The notes beneath the pieces were generated by a model. The model did not search any database, was not told the origin of the DNA, and saw only the letters and a list, made by a program, of their open reading frames with translations. A DNA stretch of 64,000 nt. Source: a virus (lineage: Duplodnaviria > Caudoviricetes). The position numbers and the translations under genes were made by a program. Positions 28,401 to 37,420 of the stretch are shown here, one piece after another (position 1 is the first letter of the stretch; the number at the start of each line of letters is the position of its first letter). Where the stretch lies: IMG/VR virus record IMGVR_UViG_3300020578_000034, positions 23,842-87,841 of that record, one strand, 5' to 3'.

Positions 28401-31400
28401 CAGATACGTGGGGAAGGACGAGGTCTACAGACTTTACGGGGAACCAATGCCTGGACCACGAGCACTGCCCCCTGGCTTTGTCGGCCCGGGAGGCGGGGCA
28501 CCCCCGCCACCTGGCGCTGGCGGGCCACCTGGCGCTGGCGGGCCACCGGGCGGAGCACCAGGAATACCGACGATCCCCCTCGGGCCAGCCTCGCCACCGA
28601 GGACGCCAACGGGTGGGGGAGGCGGCGCCGCCCCGACCCCATCCTCCCCAAGATTGCGCGGAACCGCCACCAGGCCGACGATTCCGATGGTGCCACGAGC
28701 CGACGACCCAGACATTCCCACTCCCGACGATACGACTCCGCCCCCAGCCTCCCCGCGGTTGCGCGGAACCGCCACCAGGCCGACGATTCCGATGGTGCCA
28801 CGAGCCGACGACCCAGACATTCCCACTCCCGACGATACGACTCCGCCCCCAGCCTCCCCGCGGTTGCGCGGAACCGCCACCAGGCCGACGATTCCGACGC
28901 GTCCGTCGGACGAAGGTCCAGAAGCTCCCGGCGACGCCCCGGAGCCCGGGGCTCCATCGAGGGTCCGTGGCACGGGAGTCAGGAGACCGACCAGGCCGAC
29001 GACCGACGACGATCTCACGGAGACGACCGACGACGATCTCGTAGAACCGACGGTCAGACCTGAAACCGATGCGGATCGCGTTTCGCCGGAAAGACGCAGA
29101 GCCGACGCGGACAGGGAAAGAAGGTTGCGCGAGCTGTTCGACGATGTAGAAGAGACTCCGGCGGAGCGGGAGGAATTTGAAAAAAGGGTAGAAGAATCCC
29201 GCAGGAGGGCGGAAGCCGTGTATTACTCGGGCCACTACGGGGACGTCGAGCAAGCAGTGGAAGATGCAAAACGCAACATCTCGTCCGATGATCGAATCAA
29301 CCCTAGAGATCGCGAAAGGCGCGTTCGCACAATGGACGAACAAGTTGCGGCGAGGCGCAGAGCGATTGATCGAATTCCGGTCGCAACCGATCCAAAAGAA
29401 CGTAGAGGGCAACAAATAGTCGCCGCCGCGCTAGAAGCGGAATTGATGTATAAAGCTGGGCAAATAGATTACAGAACCAACGAGCGCCGACAAGCGGACT
29501 TGTCGGTCCTGGCCGACCTAAACGGAACGCCACTCTACCGGGACGACCAAGGCATGTTCAAATTGGAAAGCAGCGTTCCGGAATGGCAGAGGACCGAGGG
29601 ACCCGACTCGATCGACGATTCGGCCGAATCCGTCGCTTCTAGAACGGCCTTGGCCGAAACAATGTTCGGAAAGAGCGAAGCCTCGGAACTCTTGGGCACT
29701 CGTTCTTCCGAGACCGACGGACCCACCGCCGATTCGCAAGCGGACAGGTTGAGGCTGAACCAAATTCGCGAGGAACGAGTCAACGCCACGGCGCGCGTAG
29801 CGGACGCGGAAACTCGCCACGACGAAGCCCTCAGGAGGGCGAGGCGCACGGGATCCGATCCCGACAGGGGAGGGGACGGCGACCCGGCGGCGTGGGCGGA
29901 TTACAGGGCTGCCTACGAAGAATTGAACGACGCGGACGCCGAGAACGCCAGGCTGCTGCGCGAGTCGAGGGAGCTTGAGGATCGGATACCGAAGAGCGAT
30001 ACACCGACGCCCGCCACGACCAGGGATCCCTCGAGGAGATCTTACGAACGACCGGAAACTCCCGAAGGCATCATCGTGGAGGGCGAAACCCCGCAACGGC
30101 AGATACGAATGACCAACCAGACCACGGGGGAAATAATTTACGTGGATCCGAGCAACGCTCGCATCATGGATGAAGTCAGGGCGGAGGGCTTCGCCCCGGA
30201 CGTGAGGCAACCCACCGCTCCCGCAAGGAGACAGGCCAGTGGGCGAGAAAAACCGCGAACGAAACCCGTACGCACAGTTCGCAATCAAAAACCAGATGAG
30301 CCCGATTGGGTGAGACGCGAGCGGGCCCGACGTGCTCGGGCGGGATTGGCCGACGATATTCCCGGATACGACGACGAGCCGGATGTGGGAATGGCGCCGC
30401 CGACCAGGAAGAGGTCGGATTCCGACGGGGTGAGGGAGTTCCTGGAGGAGGGCGACGGGGCCTTCATGACGCCCGAGCAGGCCCGCCTGCAAAGGGACGG
30501 AGCCGTCGAGCGCCGGGAGTCGGCCATCTCGCAGCGCGAGAGGTTGATAAACGAGAGGGACGGGGTTGAGAACGGCGTCGTCGGACGCAACCTGACGGAC
30601 GATCAGGCGCAGAGACGGGTTGAGGAGCTGAACCGCCAGATAGCCGAATTGGAGAGAAGGATAGACGACCTCGAGAGGACAGCGGAGTTGTTCTCGGAGC
30701 ACGCACGAAAACTCGAGGAGGGAATCCCCATCAGGGGGAGACGAGGTGGCGACGCTGAAGCAGGTATGGGCCGAACGTACGAAACCTTGGTCGGCACGCA
30801 CGCAAACGTCGTCTCCAGAAAACGAGACGAGATAGCGAGGGCGCGACAAACGCTCGACGGGATAGGCACCCGCAGGAACGGGGGTCTGGTGACCAGGGAG
30901 GAGGCCAAGGCGGTCGCCGCCGCGTTCGAGGACCTGTTCTCCGGGGACATGAGGGTGCAGAGCAATTTTGAGGGGAGGCTGAGAACGGAGTTGCTCAGCA
31001 ACGGTCGCACCATGGTCAGGTTGGATGCGCAAGTGAACTGGGACGAGATGGTCCAGGTCCAGGACCTGACGAGCATCCCCATAACCATGCAAATAAAGTC
31101 CGCCGACGGCAAAACGATTTACGGGTACGCCACGAGGAGGCTGGAGATAGGCGACGACGGAGTCACCGTCCATCACGGTTCCCTCACCATCTCGCCGGAG
31201 TTCCGCGGCATGGGGATAGCCAGCGAGTTTAACGCAAGGAACGAGAACCTATACAAAGCCCTCGGGGTCAGGAGCATAACGACCAGCGGATCCTCCTCCT
31301 CGATGACGAGCACAAACAACCCGTTCGAGGACCAGGTGATCGGAACCGGCGCAACCCACTGGGCCCGCAACGGGTTCACCTGGAGGGACGATGACGCAAA

Positions 31401-34317
31401 ACAAAAATTCATCGGAATCATAGACTCGGCATTGTCGAATAAGCCGGGAATCTTCTCGGACGAGGAGAGGCGGAGGATATCCTCCCTGTACAAGAGAGGC
31501 CGATCCGGGGACTTTGAGACTTCGGCGACCGCGGAAGAGCTGGTTGATTTCGAGGGCGCCGACAGATTGTTCGCCGAGGAAGGCGCGATCATCGGGTACA
31601 GGAGGGACCTGGCGCCCGCCGAGATTGCTGCTCCGAAATCGTCGAGATTCACCAGGATCGCCGACAGGCTCGGCCGGCGCTCCCGAAACCGGCGCGACGA
31701 AACGGACGGTTCGTCGTTCGGGCCGGCTCCCTGGGATCCGGATGCCGAGCTGGAGGAGGCGCTGGATGACAGGCGGGCCCGCCAAATCGCGGAGTCGCTG
31801 GCGGCGCTCGAGCCCCCGGATTGGATCAGGGATTGGGACCCGGAAGCCGAAGCGGCGGAGACGAGGAGGGCTAGGTCGGCGGCGGAGGGACCGAACGCCG
31901 CCATGAGGGGGGGGCGAGGTGACGACGAACAAAGACGCCTGAGACGCGAACTTGAGCAAGCTCTAGGACGCGTTGGCCCACTTCCGGAAGCACCAAGCAA
32001 AAGATATACGGAACCAATTACCGATGGGCCAGAAATAATAAGGGCAACACCGAGAGGCGGCGACGCGGAAGCCGGGATGGCGAGCGGCAACAGATCCAGC
32101 TCCCTCGGGAGGATCGCGAGGGGGAGCATGAGGGACCGGGCAATTGCCAAGCTGCTCGACAAGGTCCTCGACAGGACCGGTGCGGACGAGGAAACCAGGG
32201 AGAAGGTGAAGATCGGCCTCGGACTGGCGACGGCGTTCAGCGCGGGGGGGCCGGCCGGCGCGGCCACGTACGTGGCGGTCGAGGCCGCGAGGAGAGGCGG
32301 CAGGGATCTCGCCGAGTTCACCATAGGCGAGTTGCTGAGACGCGGCAAGATCGACGACGAGCAGGCCCGCAAGGCCATGGCCGCCGTGGACCGGATAGCC
32401 CCCGACGGTCTGCCGGACGACGCGAAGAGGCGGCTCGGCAGGGCCTTCTCGGAGGCGGCCGACCTCTTCAACGAGAGGATCAACACCCCCGAAAACAGGA
32501 GAAGGCTCGCCGAGATGGGCGAGGACGTCGTCGACTCGGCGAGGCAGAGAGCCCAGGACCTTGGTCGGAGAGTCAGGAGACGGCGCGGTGCCGACTCGAG
32601 GGGCGGCGACGCTGAAGCAGGGATGAGTCGCGGGGGCACCGACAAACCGGTGGTCCGCACCGACGGGGAGGGAAGACCGCTGACCAGCGCTGCTTCCCCG
32701 CAACGGAGCGGAACGGCGACGGAAAACTACGAGGCGAACGTTCGGGGGATAGAGGACGACTCCAGATTGGTCCAATCGGAAATTGACGCCTTGGAGGCTG
32801 CGATAGCCCAGGCCGAGGCCACGGGGGAATGGAGGGGAGCCGACTTCGGCGTCAGTTTCGAGGACGTGGAACCGGAAGCGATGCCCACCCAGGCATACCT
32901 GACCAGGACTGCGGGCGGAACGAAGAATCCAAGAAACCTGAGTGCCGAAGAAACGAAACAAAACGACGCAATATCCAGGGCAAAAACGCGACTGGCGACG
33001 GCCAAAAAAGAGCAAGTGAGACTCGCCCGCGTGGCGACGGACAAACGAACGCGCAGGGAACAAAACGTTCTCGACCTAGAGGACATCCCGGCGGAAGAGC
33101 TGGAACAACTCGTGGCCGAGGCGGAGGACATCAAGCGATTGGTCGCCCAAAGGGACGAAGCCAAGAAAAAACTGAGAAGAGACCCGAGATTCGCCGATTT
33201 GGACCTGGACCAACAACCCATCGCCATAGACGCCGAACTGGACCGAATGGGAATGCCCGACCCGCTATCCCCGGGGGCAGGAGAACGAGCGGCCATTCAC
33301 GTGGGCAGCGACACGCTCGACAACGGCGTCTTGGACCCGGGTTTTACGTCCGGCGACGAAACGATGGCCATCGGGGGCGGCAACACCGGTGCGATGAATC
33401 AAAACCAGATTCGCAACGTCCGGCGACAAAGAGAAGAAACGGCGGGAAAACTCAAAGCGGCGGAACGCCTCGTTCAGGAACTCGAATCTGGCACCACGAC
33501 GATAACCCCACGAGACAAGACCGAAGCCGATTTGCTCAACGGAAAGACCAATTCATCTAGATTTTCCGCCGGTCAATCGGTGGATCTCGACAAGGTCAGG
33601 CCAGGCGTCGACGGTGCGACACTGTCGCGCGGGATCGCCGAGAAGATGCGGATCCAAATCAAACAAGATCGCGCGTCGTTGACGAGGCAGGATGCGATTC
33701 TGAAAAGGATCAGCGAAAGCCCCAAGTTCGGATACGTCAGCGCCTATCCGCTAAGACCGGAAGGAACGACGATTGAAGGATACTTCGGCAGAAACTCGGG
33801 TAAGAAAGTTCCGGCGAACATCGGAACCTTCCTCACGGAAGCCGAGCAAAACGATCGCGGGCAGAGGACGCCCGACGGTTTCGTGAACGTGAAGGATAGG
33901 GGGATGCTGGATCGCTGGAAGAACACGATAAGGGGAACCCAGTGGCTGGTAATCGGAGGCGACGACACCATCACGAGCCATTTCGGCAATAGCCCGAATA
34001 ACGAGGCTCAGATCCTCGGAATCAACAAACCCGTTTTCGGTTTCTCCTTCGGTGCGGCGTCAGCCGCCAACTACAGAACCAATCTCAGCGACATAGGCAT
34101 GGCCCTAGCCGCAAGAGCGGTATCGCTAAGGAGAAGCGGCGAAGAGGTCACCCCGGAATCCGTGATGCAGGCGCGCAGGAAAGTGGAGTCGTCGAGGATA
34201 ATCATGCTGGCGAGAGGCGGAGCGACGATCGATGAGATAGCCCAAAAAACCGGACGAAGCTATCAATTCGTGAGCGAGTTGCTCAGGCTCGCCGGAGTCG
34301 AGGGCGGGCCCGCATGA
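25462..34317 (+). CDS. Polyvalent protein / putative polyprotein 3 (~2951 aa)
   Basis: ATG at 25462 follows GAGG/AAGGG (the track start at TTG 25411 is in frame). It contains an RC.G....FTD....C motif, a HELNH zincin with YAGENDYEFAAE, a Pro-rich linker, a GNAT, an ART-like paralogous module and a C-terminal HTH. EAGM Mets are at 30766, 32077 and 32623. Confidence 0.9.
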   Translation: MSPTPFRIPFNAKIVARHGTTSVYALRDGRLAFVDHTKNRTFLDGSRDVGTGTYGSGHNSAWADSRIVAVASKGGSASFAQTKALRPKQSRMPQEAPDQPGEEIPDEAFSRLMPMIPKEFLDWAASYEIGDPLPPMMPGYGGKTLCNKSINDTSYSQDDFGVDQVVERVLADMGLPDINPALAFAPEMETKGLPRMEQKGILGREIRDLARNIADSILTARGLWKDELNKIRCGSGPNANRFTDIFGTGCDVPGADTAGNIVGAIRAGVDVPGPVDEVAGRIEGARESVADAADGMDFPGGKPSLGERLRTALTRVRGGHTPHYVADMPSDIDPAAGMSDVLSRRSDKRGAFQFVRSLVNRNKRRERGKKGEKTHRSAEEMAREAFATREYRDWEQDFTLRKGRLPNRGEKLNWLAEHVGWKGQIRDAAGNPVTDEFGNPVGSFGGLADTAVVDGEVTDMTHFEAMVEQVVRNPNLVEGGNFDMLSEAKKRKIREEVERNIYDYGLQTLFAMKNAGGPEKIEQIQPDGSRILVDNPEHKKRFAEVIPTHFRIIHETDPSNRNPSLRDAAVVTAVNGFEPGIDDVIDFVPEMGTDRRMTAARPLTAGRQRYGSVAGSMPLYVHENQTSGGEIPFVASISLNPLWFINQQTQKDKLAGFGDQHLGMDMSREAFWAHTADHELNHIDDFAQRLGNKLGYWGELGGGREEWMQRLSQQTYTRTPTGGRWSNVIDLRKDAANYTFLGQQIAELDAKLATATTPYERQKAIWFFYMQNMRFDEQTMSDFARWMNRSGAGFTPGKRLSKDEQAAMLNEIYENLRARGYAEETGVPSFSFWQDMIDTPLGYWNPATGTFEFPLDPRTGLLNPYPLNVMNMQPRWTGRRDAMNRPFSDNVATFPDNLDPSRFGPGQPPFGQARLDNSVSNLLHGFIGGTYAGENDYEFAAELRTHLNKQGALADIREFLADPARNIHQLTEADFMTLVARYVGKDEVYRLYGEPMPGPRALPPGFVGPGGGAPPPPGAGGPPGAGGPPGGAPGIPTIPLGPASPPRTPTGGGGGAAPTPSSPRLRGTATRPTIPMVPRADDPDIPTPDDTTPPPASPRLRGTATRPTIPMVPRADDPDIPTPDDTTPPPASPRLRGTATRPTIPTRPSDEGPEAPGDAPEPGAPSRVRGTGVRRPTRPTTDDDLTETTDDDLVEPTVRPETDADRVSPERRRADADRERRLRELFDDVEETPAEREEFEKRVEESRRRAEAVYYSGHYGDVEQAVEDAKRNISSDDRINPRDRERRVRTMDEQVAARRRAIDRIPVATDPKERRGQQIVAAALEAELMYKAGQIDYRTNERRQADLSVLADLNGTPLYRDDQGMFKLESSVPEWQRTEGPDSIDDSAESVASRTALAETMFGKSEASELLGTRSSETDGPTADSQADRLRLNQIREERVNATARVADAETRHDEALRRARRTGSDPDRGGDGDPAAWADYRAAYEELNDADAENARLLRESRELEDRIPKSDTPTPATTRDPSRRSYERPETPEGIIVEGETPQRQIRMTNQTTGEIIYVDPSNARIMDEVRAEGFAPDVRQPTAPARRQASGREKPRTKPVRTVRNQKPDEPDWVRRERARRARAGLADDIPGYDDEPDVGMAPPTRKRSDSDGVREFLEEGDGAFMTPEQARLQRDGAVERRESAISQRERLINERDGVENGVVGRNLTDDQAQRRVEELNRQIAELERRIDDLERTAELFSEHARKLEEGIPIRGRRGGDAEAGMGRTYETLVGTHANVVSRKRDEIARARQTLDGIGTRRNGGLVTREEAKAVAAAFEDLFSGDMRVQSNFEGRLRTELLSNGRTMVRLDAQVNWDEMVQVQDLTSIPITMQIKSADGKTIYGYATRRLEIGDDGVTVHHGSLTISPEFRGMGIASEFNARNENLYKALGVRSITTSGSSSSMTSTNNPFEDQVIGTGATHWARNGFTWRDDDAKQKFIGIIDSALSNKPGIFSDEERRRISSLYKRGRSGDFETSATAEELVDFEGADRLFAEEGAIIGYRRDLAPAEIAAPKSSRFTRIADRLGRRSRNRRDETDGSSFGPAPWDPDAELEEALDDRRARQIAESLAALEPPDWIRDWDPEAEAAETRRARSAAEGPNAAMRGGRGDDEQRRLRRELEQALGRVGPLPEAPSKRYTEPITDGPEIIRATPRGGDAEAGMASGNRSSSLGRIARGSMRDRAIAKLLDKVLDRTGADEETREKVKIGLGLATAFSAGGPAGAATYVAVEAARRGGRDLAEFTIGELLRRGKIDDEQARKAMAAVDRIAPDGLPDDAKRRLGRAFSEAADLFNERINTPENRRRLAEMGEDVVDSARQRAQDLGRRVRRRRGADSRGGDAEAGMSRGGTDKPVVRTDGEGRPLTSAASPQRSGTATENYEANVRGIEDDSRLVQSEIDALEAAIAQAEATGEWRGADFGVSFEDVEPEAMPTQAYLTRTAGGTKNPRNLSAEETKQNDAISRAKTRLATAKKEQVRLARVATDKRTRREQNVLDLEDIPAEELEQLVAEAEDIKRLVAQRDEAKKKLRRDPRFADLDLDQQPIAIDAELDRMGMPDPLSPGAGERAAIHVGSDTLDNGVLDPGFTSGDETMAIGGGNTGAMNQNQIRNVRRQREETAGKLKAAERLVQELESGTTTITPRDKTEADLLNGKTNSSRFSAGQSVDLDKVRPGVDGATLSRGIAEKMRIQIKQDRASLTRQDAILKRISESPKFGYVSAYPLRPEGTTIEGYFGRNSGKKVPANIGTFLTEAEQNDRGQRTPDGFVNVKDRGMLDRWKNTIRGTQWLVIGGDDTITSHFGNSPNNEAQILGINKPVFGFSFGAASAANYRTNLSDIGMALAARAVSLRRSGEEVTPESVMQARRKVESSRIIMLARGGATIDEIAQKTGRSYQFVSELLRLAGVEGGPA
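28654..28897 (+). repeat. Near-perfect 105-nt tandem repeat (~2.3 copies) in a Pro-rich linker
   Basis: gaaccgccaccaggccgacg recurs at 28661, 28766 and 28871 (SPRLRGTATRPTIPMVPRADDPDIPTPDDTTPPPA). Confidence 0.95.
31100..31400 (+). other. GNAT acetyltransferase-like domain
   Basis: Motif A-like LTISPEFRGMGIASEF, followed by LYKALGVRSI and GATHWARNGF. Confidence 0.7.
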
Positions 34318-37055
34318 CTCGCAGAAGGATAGGTTCCAAGCGCACGAGTCGAGACTCGTTCGTCGACGACAAGACCGACGCCGCCCTGTCGTCCGTGACG
34401 CAGCTGGCGGATACCGTGAGGACGAAGGTCATGCGACCCATCGGCGCCAAGCCACTACCCCCGCCCCACCTGGTGAGGAACGCCGACATGGACCTCTACA
34501 TCTACGAGGGGATCCCGTGGATCAACAGGGGCCGCGGGATCATCGACCCGACGCCAGGATACGCGCAACCACTCAACAGAAGGCTGAGGAGGGAGGCGCA
34601 GGCGAACCTGGGAACCCCGGCGCGGATCGTCGCGATGCGACCAAGTCCCATGGTCACCATGAGCCACGCGGACGGGCCAATGGCGGCCATGACGGATCCG
34701 AGAATTCTGCGTCGCCCAGAGAACATCTACCCGATCGACGAATTATCGGGGCCGATGCAGGAGATTGAAACCCGCGTCGACGCGATTCTCGGGCCCAAAC
34801 CGGCGACGCTCAAGGAGGCGACGGACAACCTCAAGAAATTGGAGAACATCGTGAATTCGGGGGTCGCCAACGGCAACAACTTCCTGCTTGACCCTGCATA
34901 TTTTCTGGCGCAAATGCAACCAGGGTTGGCTCAGGTCAGCCCAAGGTTTGCCGGGCCGGCCACGCCGATGTCCAGTTACGACGACGGGTTGTACTACGCG
35001 ATTGCGGTCAACCTGATCGATTATCCCGAGGCCTTCAGGGATGTTCATTTGACGATCGCGACGATCAACAATCCCGACGAGGTAAGCGCATCAACAATGG
35101 GGGGGAGCGCGGCGAACCCGCCGTCCTACTTAGAGATTTCCCCGAAATCCGAGTCCGCGAGGAAGGTTCCGCGGGGGGTGCTTGTCTTGTCCCCAGATCA
35201 GGTCAGGGCGGACACCGGTGTCAAAGACATGTCGCATTCCACCGCTAGCACCAAAGGAGGGGTCGCCACCGGCGCGCGCCTGCCGCTAATCGTCAACTTT
35301 CCCACATACAAGAGCAACGGCCAGAAGACAACCAAATTGATGTACGGCGGACAAGAGATCGGCGAACTCGCGATCCCGGAAGATTACATGGAGCGAATGG
35401 AGGAAAATCTGGCTCTTTGGGAAAAGGTCCTCGCGGCGACGGGGGTGGCGCGACAAGCGCTCATCGACTCCACGGTCTCGTCCGTGGCGCTGGGTTATTT
35501 GCAGGAAATCCAAAACCTGCAAGGGAAAATATCGCAACTCAAAGACATGACGTCCCAAACGCCCCATCCGAACGCCCTGCAGTCGGTCCGGGCGCTGGAA
35601 CAGAGAATGTCGGAACTCTACTCCGAGTCCCAAAAAGCGATTGCGATGGTGACGGCGATGCACGAAATAGGCCACGTTCTCGACCACCTGGGCAATTACA
35701 AAAGCTCCCCCGACTATTTGAACGCTATCGCCAAGACGTCCGGTGGCCTGAACAGCAAGTACGAGATGCAACGCGACTTGGGCGTCGCCCAAGCACTTGC
35801 ACAAGGTCTCGACCACCCCATAAAGGCGGACCTAGCGGAAAATGTGGCAAGGAAATTCGTCAAGGAAAAACTCCTGAAAATGATTGGGATCATATCCAGG
35901 AGGAAATCATTGCCGGGGGTGCGGGCGATGGCGCAGGAAGTCGGAGACGGGCTCATGGCGATGGATGCCTCCCTGAAGCGCATGCTCCGCAAGCGGGCTT
36001 CCCCGGCCGAGACCGCGACCGCCGTCGGATCTATCACCCGCATTTGGGAGCGCATGCTCAGCCACGAAGTGGGCGCCATCAACAGGACAATCATGCCGGG
36101 ATCGATGATCGCGGGGGCTCCCGACCATTTTGAGCCTACGTTGAAGTCCGATCCAGCGAAATTGACGAAGATGGCCGAACAGGCCATAAGCCAGATCAGG
36201 AAAATAGGGGAGGACAGCATCAAGGCGTTGGCCGACCCCGGGGCCAGAGAGCAGTACGACTTCTACGTTCAAGAAATAGATGGTCTCATCAAGGCGGCGG
36301 AGGAAAGAATCAGTCTCTTCAAAAAACCCGAACAACGCGCGATCGCACTGGCGATCACGGCGATAGCGGCCCACAACAACTACCTCAAAGGGTTCAACGC
36401 CTTCATGCGCAACACGAGCAGGGAGATGAGTGAACTACAGCAGGCAGAACAAGCTCTCGCGTATCTAGCCCCCTGGTTCGGGAACAACGTCACCCAGCAG
36501 GACATGGACCAGGCCGTCCTCGACTCCGGCAGGAAGATCATGACCGATTTGTTGACCATCAACCCTGCGATGGTCCGGGAGTTCATGGAGATCTACGGAC
36601 GCAACGAAGGCAAACCGTGGTTTGACGGCGCCGGAGCGTTCGATGCGACCGAGTACCTGAAGGACATCCTGGGGGGCGGGCCCTTCAACCTGAAGGGCAT
36701 GGACCTTATCGAGCTTTTGCAGGTGATAAACCATTGGCACGCATTACAAGGGACCAACGGTTGGAAGAATCTCACCGACAAGGAGATAGGGCTCGTTCAG
36801 TCCGCCGCTGACAAACTCACCGACTACGGCGGTCCGGCGGATTACGATTTCTCGATTCCTTTGCCAAAGTCCCAAATGTCAACCAACAAGGAAACCTACG
36901 CCGAGCTGCATCCGATGATCCTGATGAGAATGGAGCGGATGTTGCAAAAGCTGACCGCCGAGGAGAGGCGAGCGGTGGAGCGCCTGCACGAAGAGATGAT
37001 CGCGATGGCCAGGGCCGTCATAAACAGCACCAACCAGGGAGGCACAACGCCATGA
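34314..37055 (+). CDS. Leader-bearing zincin-like metallopeptidase protein (913 aa)
   Basis: ATGA overlap with the upstream stop. Leader LPPPHLVRNADMDLYIYEGIPWINRGRGIIDPTPG, GPMAAM at 34689, HEIGH at 35661 and distal NKETYAE (~36885). Confidence 0.8.
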   Translation: MTRRRIGSKRTSRDSFVDDKTDAALSSVTQLADTVRTKVMRPIGAKPLPPPHLVRNADMDLYIYEGIPWINRGRGIIDPTPGYAQPLNRRLRREAQANLGTPARIVAMRPSPMVTMSHADGPMAAMTDPRILRRPENIYPIDELSGPMQEIETRVDAILGPKPATLKEATDNLKKLENIVNSGVANGNNFLLDPAYFLAQMQPGLAQVSPRFAGPATPMSSYDDGLYYAIAVNLIDYPEAFRDVHLTIATINNPDEVSASTMGGSAANPPSYLEISPKSESARKVPRGVLVLSPDQVRADTGVKDMSHSTASTKGGVATGARLPLIVNFPTYKSNGQKTTKLMYGGQEIGELAIPEDYMERMEENLALWEKVLAATGVARQALIDSTVSSVALGYLQEIQNLQGKISQLKDMTSQTPHPNALQSVRALEQRMSELYSESQKAIAMVTAMHEIGHVLDHLGNYKSSPDYLNAIAKTSGGLNSKYEMQRDLGVAQALAQGLDHPIKADLAENVARKFVKEKLLKMIGIISRRKSLPGVRAMAQEVGDGLMAMDASLKRMLRKRASPAETATAVGSITRIWERMLSHEVGAINRTIMPGSMIAGAPDHFEPTLKSDPAKLTKMAEQAISQIRKIGEDSIKALADPGAREQYDFYVQEIDGLIKAAEERISLFKKPEQRAIALAITAIAAHNNYLKGFNAFMRNTSREMSELQQAEQALAYLAPWFGNNVTQQDMDQAVLDSGRKIMTDLLTINPAMVREFMEIYGRNEGKPWFDGAGAFDATEYLKDILGGGPFNLKGMDLIELLQVINHWHALQGTNGWKNLTDKEIGLVQSAADKLTDYGGPADYDFSIPLPKSQMSTNKETYAELHPMILMRMERMLQKLTAEERRAVERLHEEMIAMARAVINSTNQGGTTP

Positions 37056-37420
37056 ACGACGAGGAATTTATCAAAATAAGACGGGAAATAGAGGCGATGT
37101 CCGACGACGAGCTAGTTGCCAAATTCAATTTGGGAGAGCTGGACGAGAGCCAGGTCAATCGGATGCTTTTCAAGACCGCGGACTATTTCTTCCCGCCACG
37201 CGTCAATCCGTTGGCGAAAGAGATGGTTGCACGCCTGCTGGACCATTCGATTCAAAATGGAGACAGTCCGTTGGAAACGAGGATTGCTATGTCAATTGCT
37301 GTACCGATTATCGCAAAAACGTTCGCGGGCGGAAAAGAGGCGACCTCGGTCGACCTCGAGATTGACGAGCTTGAGCGAATCGGCGACAAAATACGGAGGT
37401 TGATCGACGATGAAAACTGA
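37052..37420 (+). CDS. Small acidic helical protein, candidate immunity/inhibitor (122 aa)
   Basis: ATGA overlap and GGGAGG RBS at ~37037. Confidence 0.7.
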   Translation: MNDEEFIKIRREIEAMSDDELVAKFNLGELDESQVNRMLFKTADYFFPPRVNPLAKEMVARLLDHSIQNGDSPLETRIAMSIAVPIIAKTFAGGKEATSVDLEIDELERIGDKIRRLIDDEN

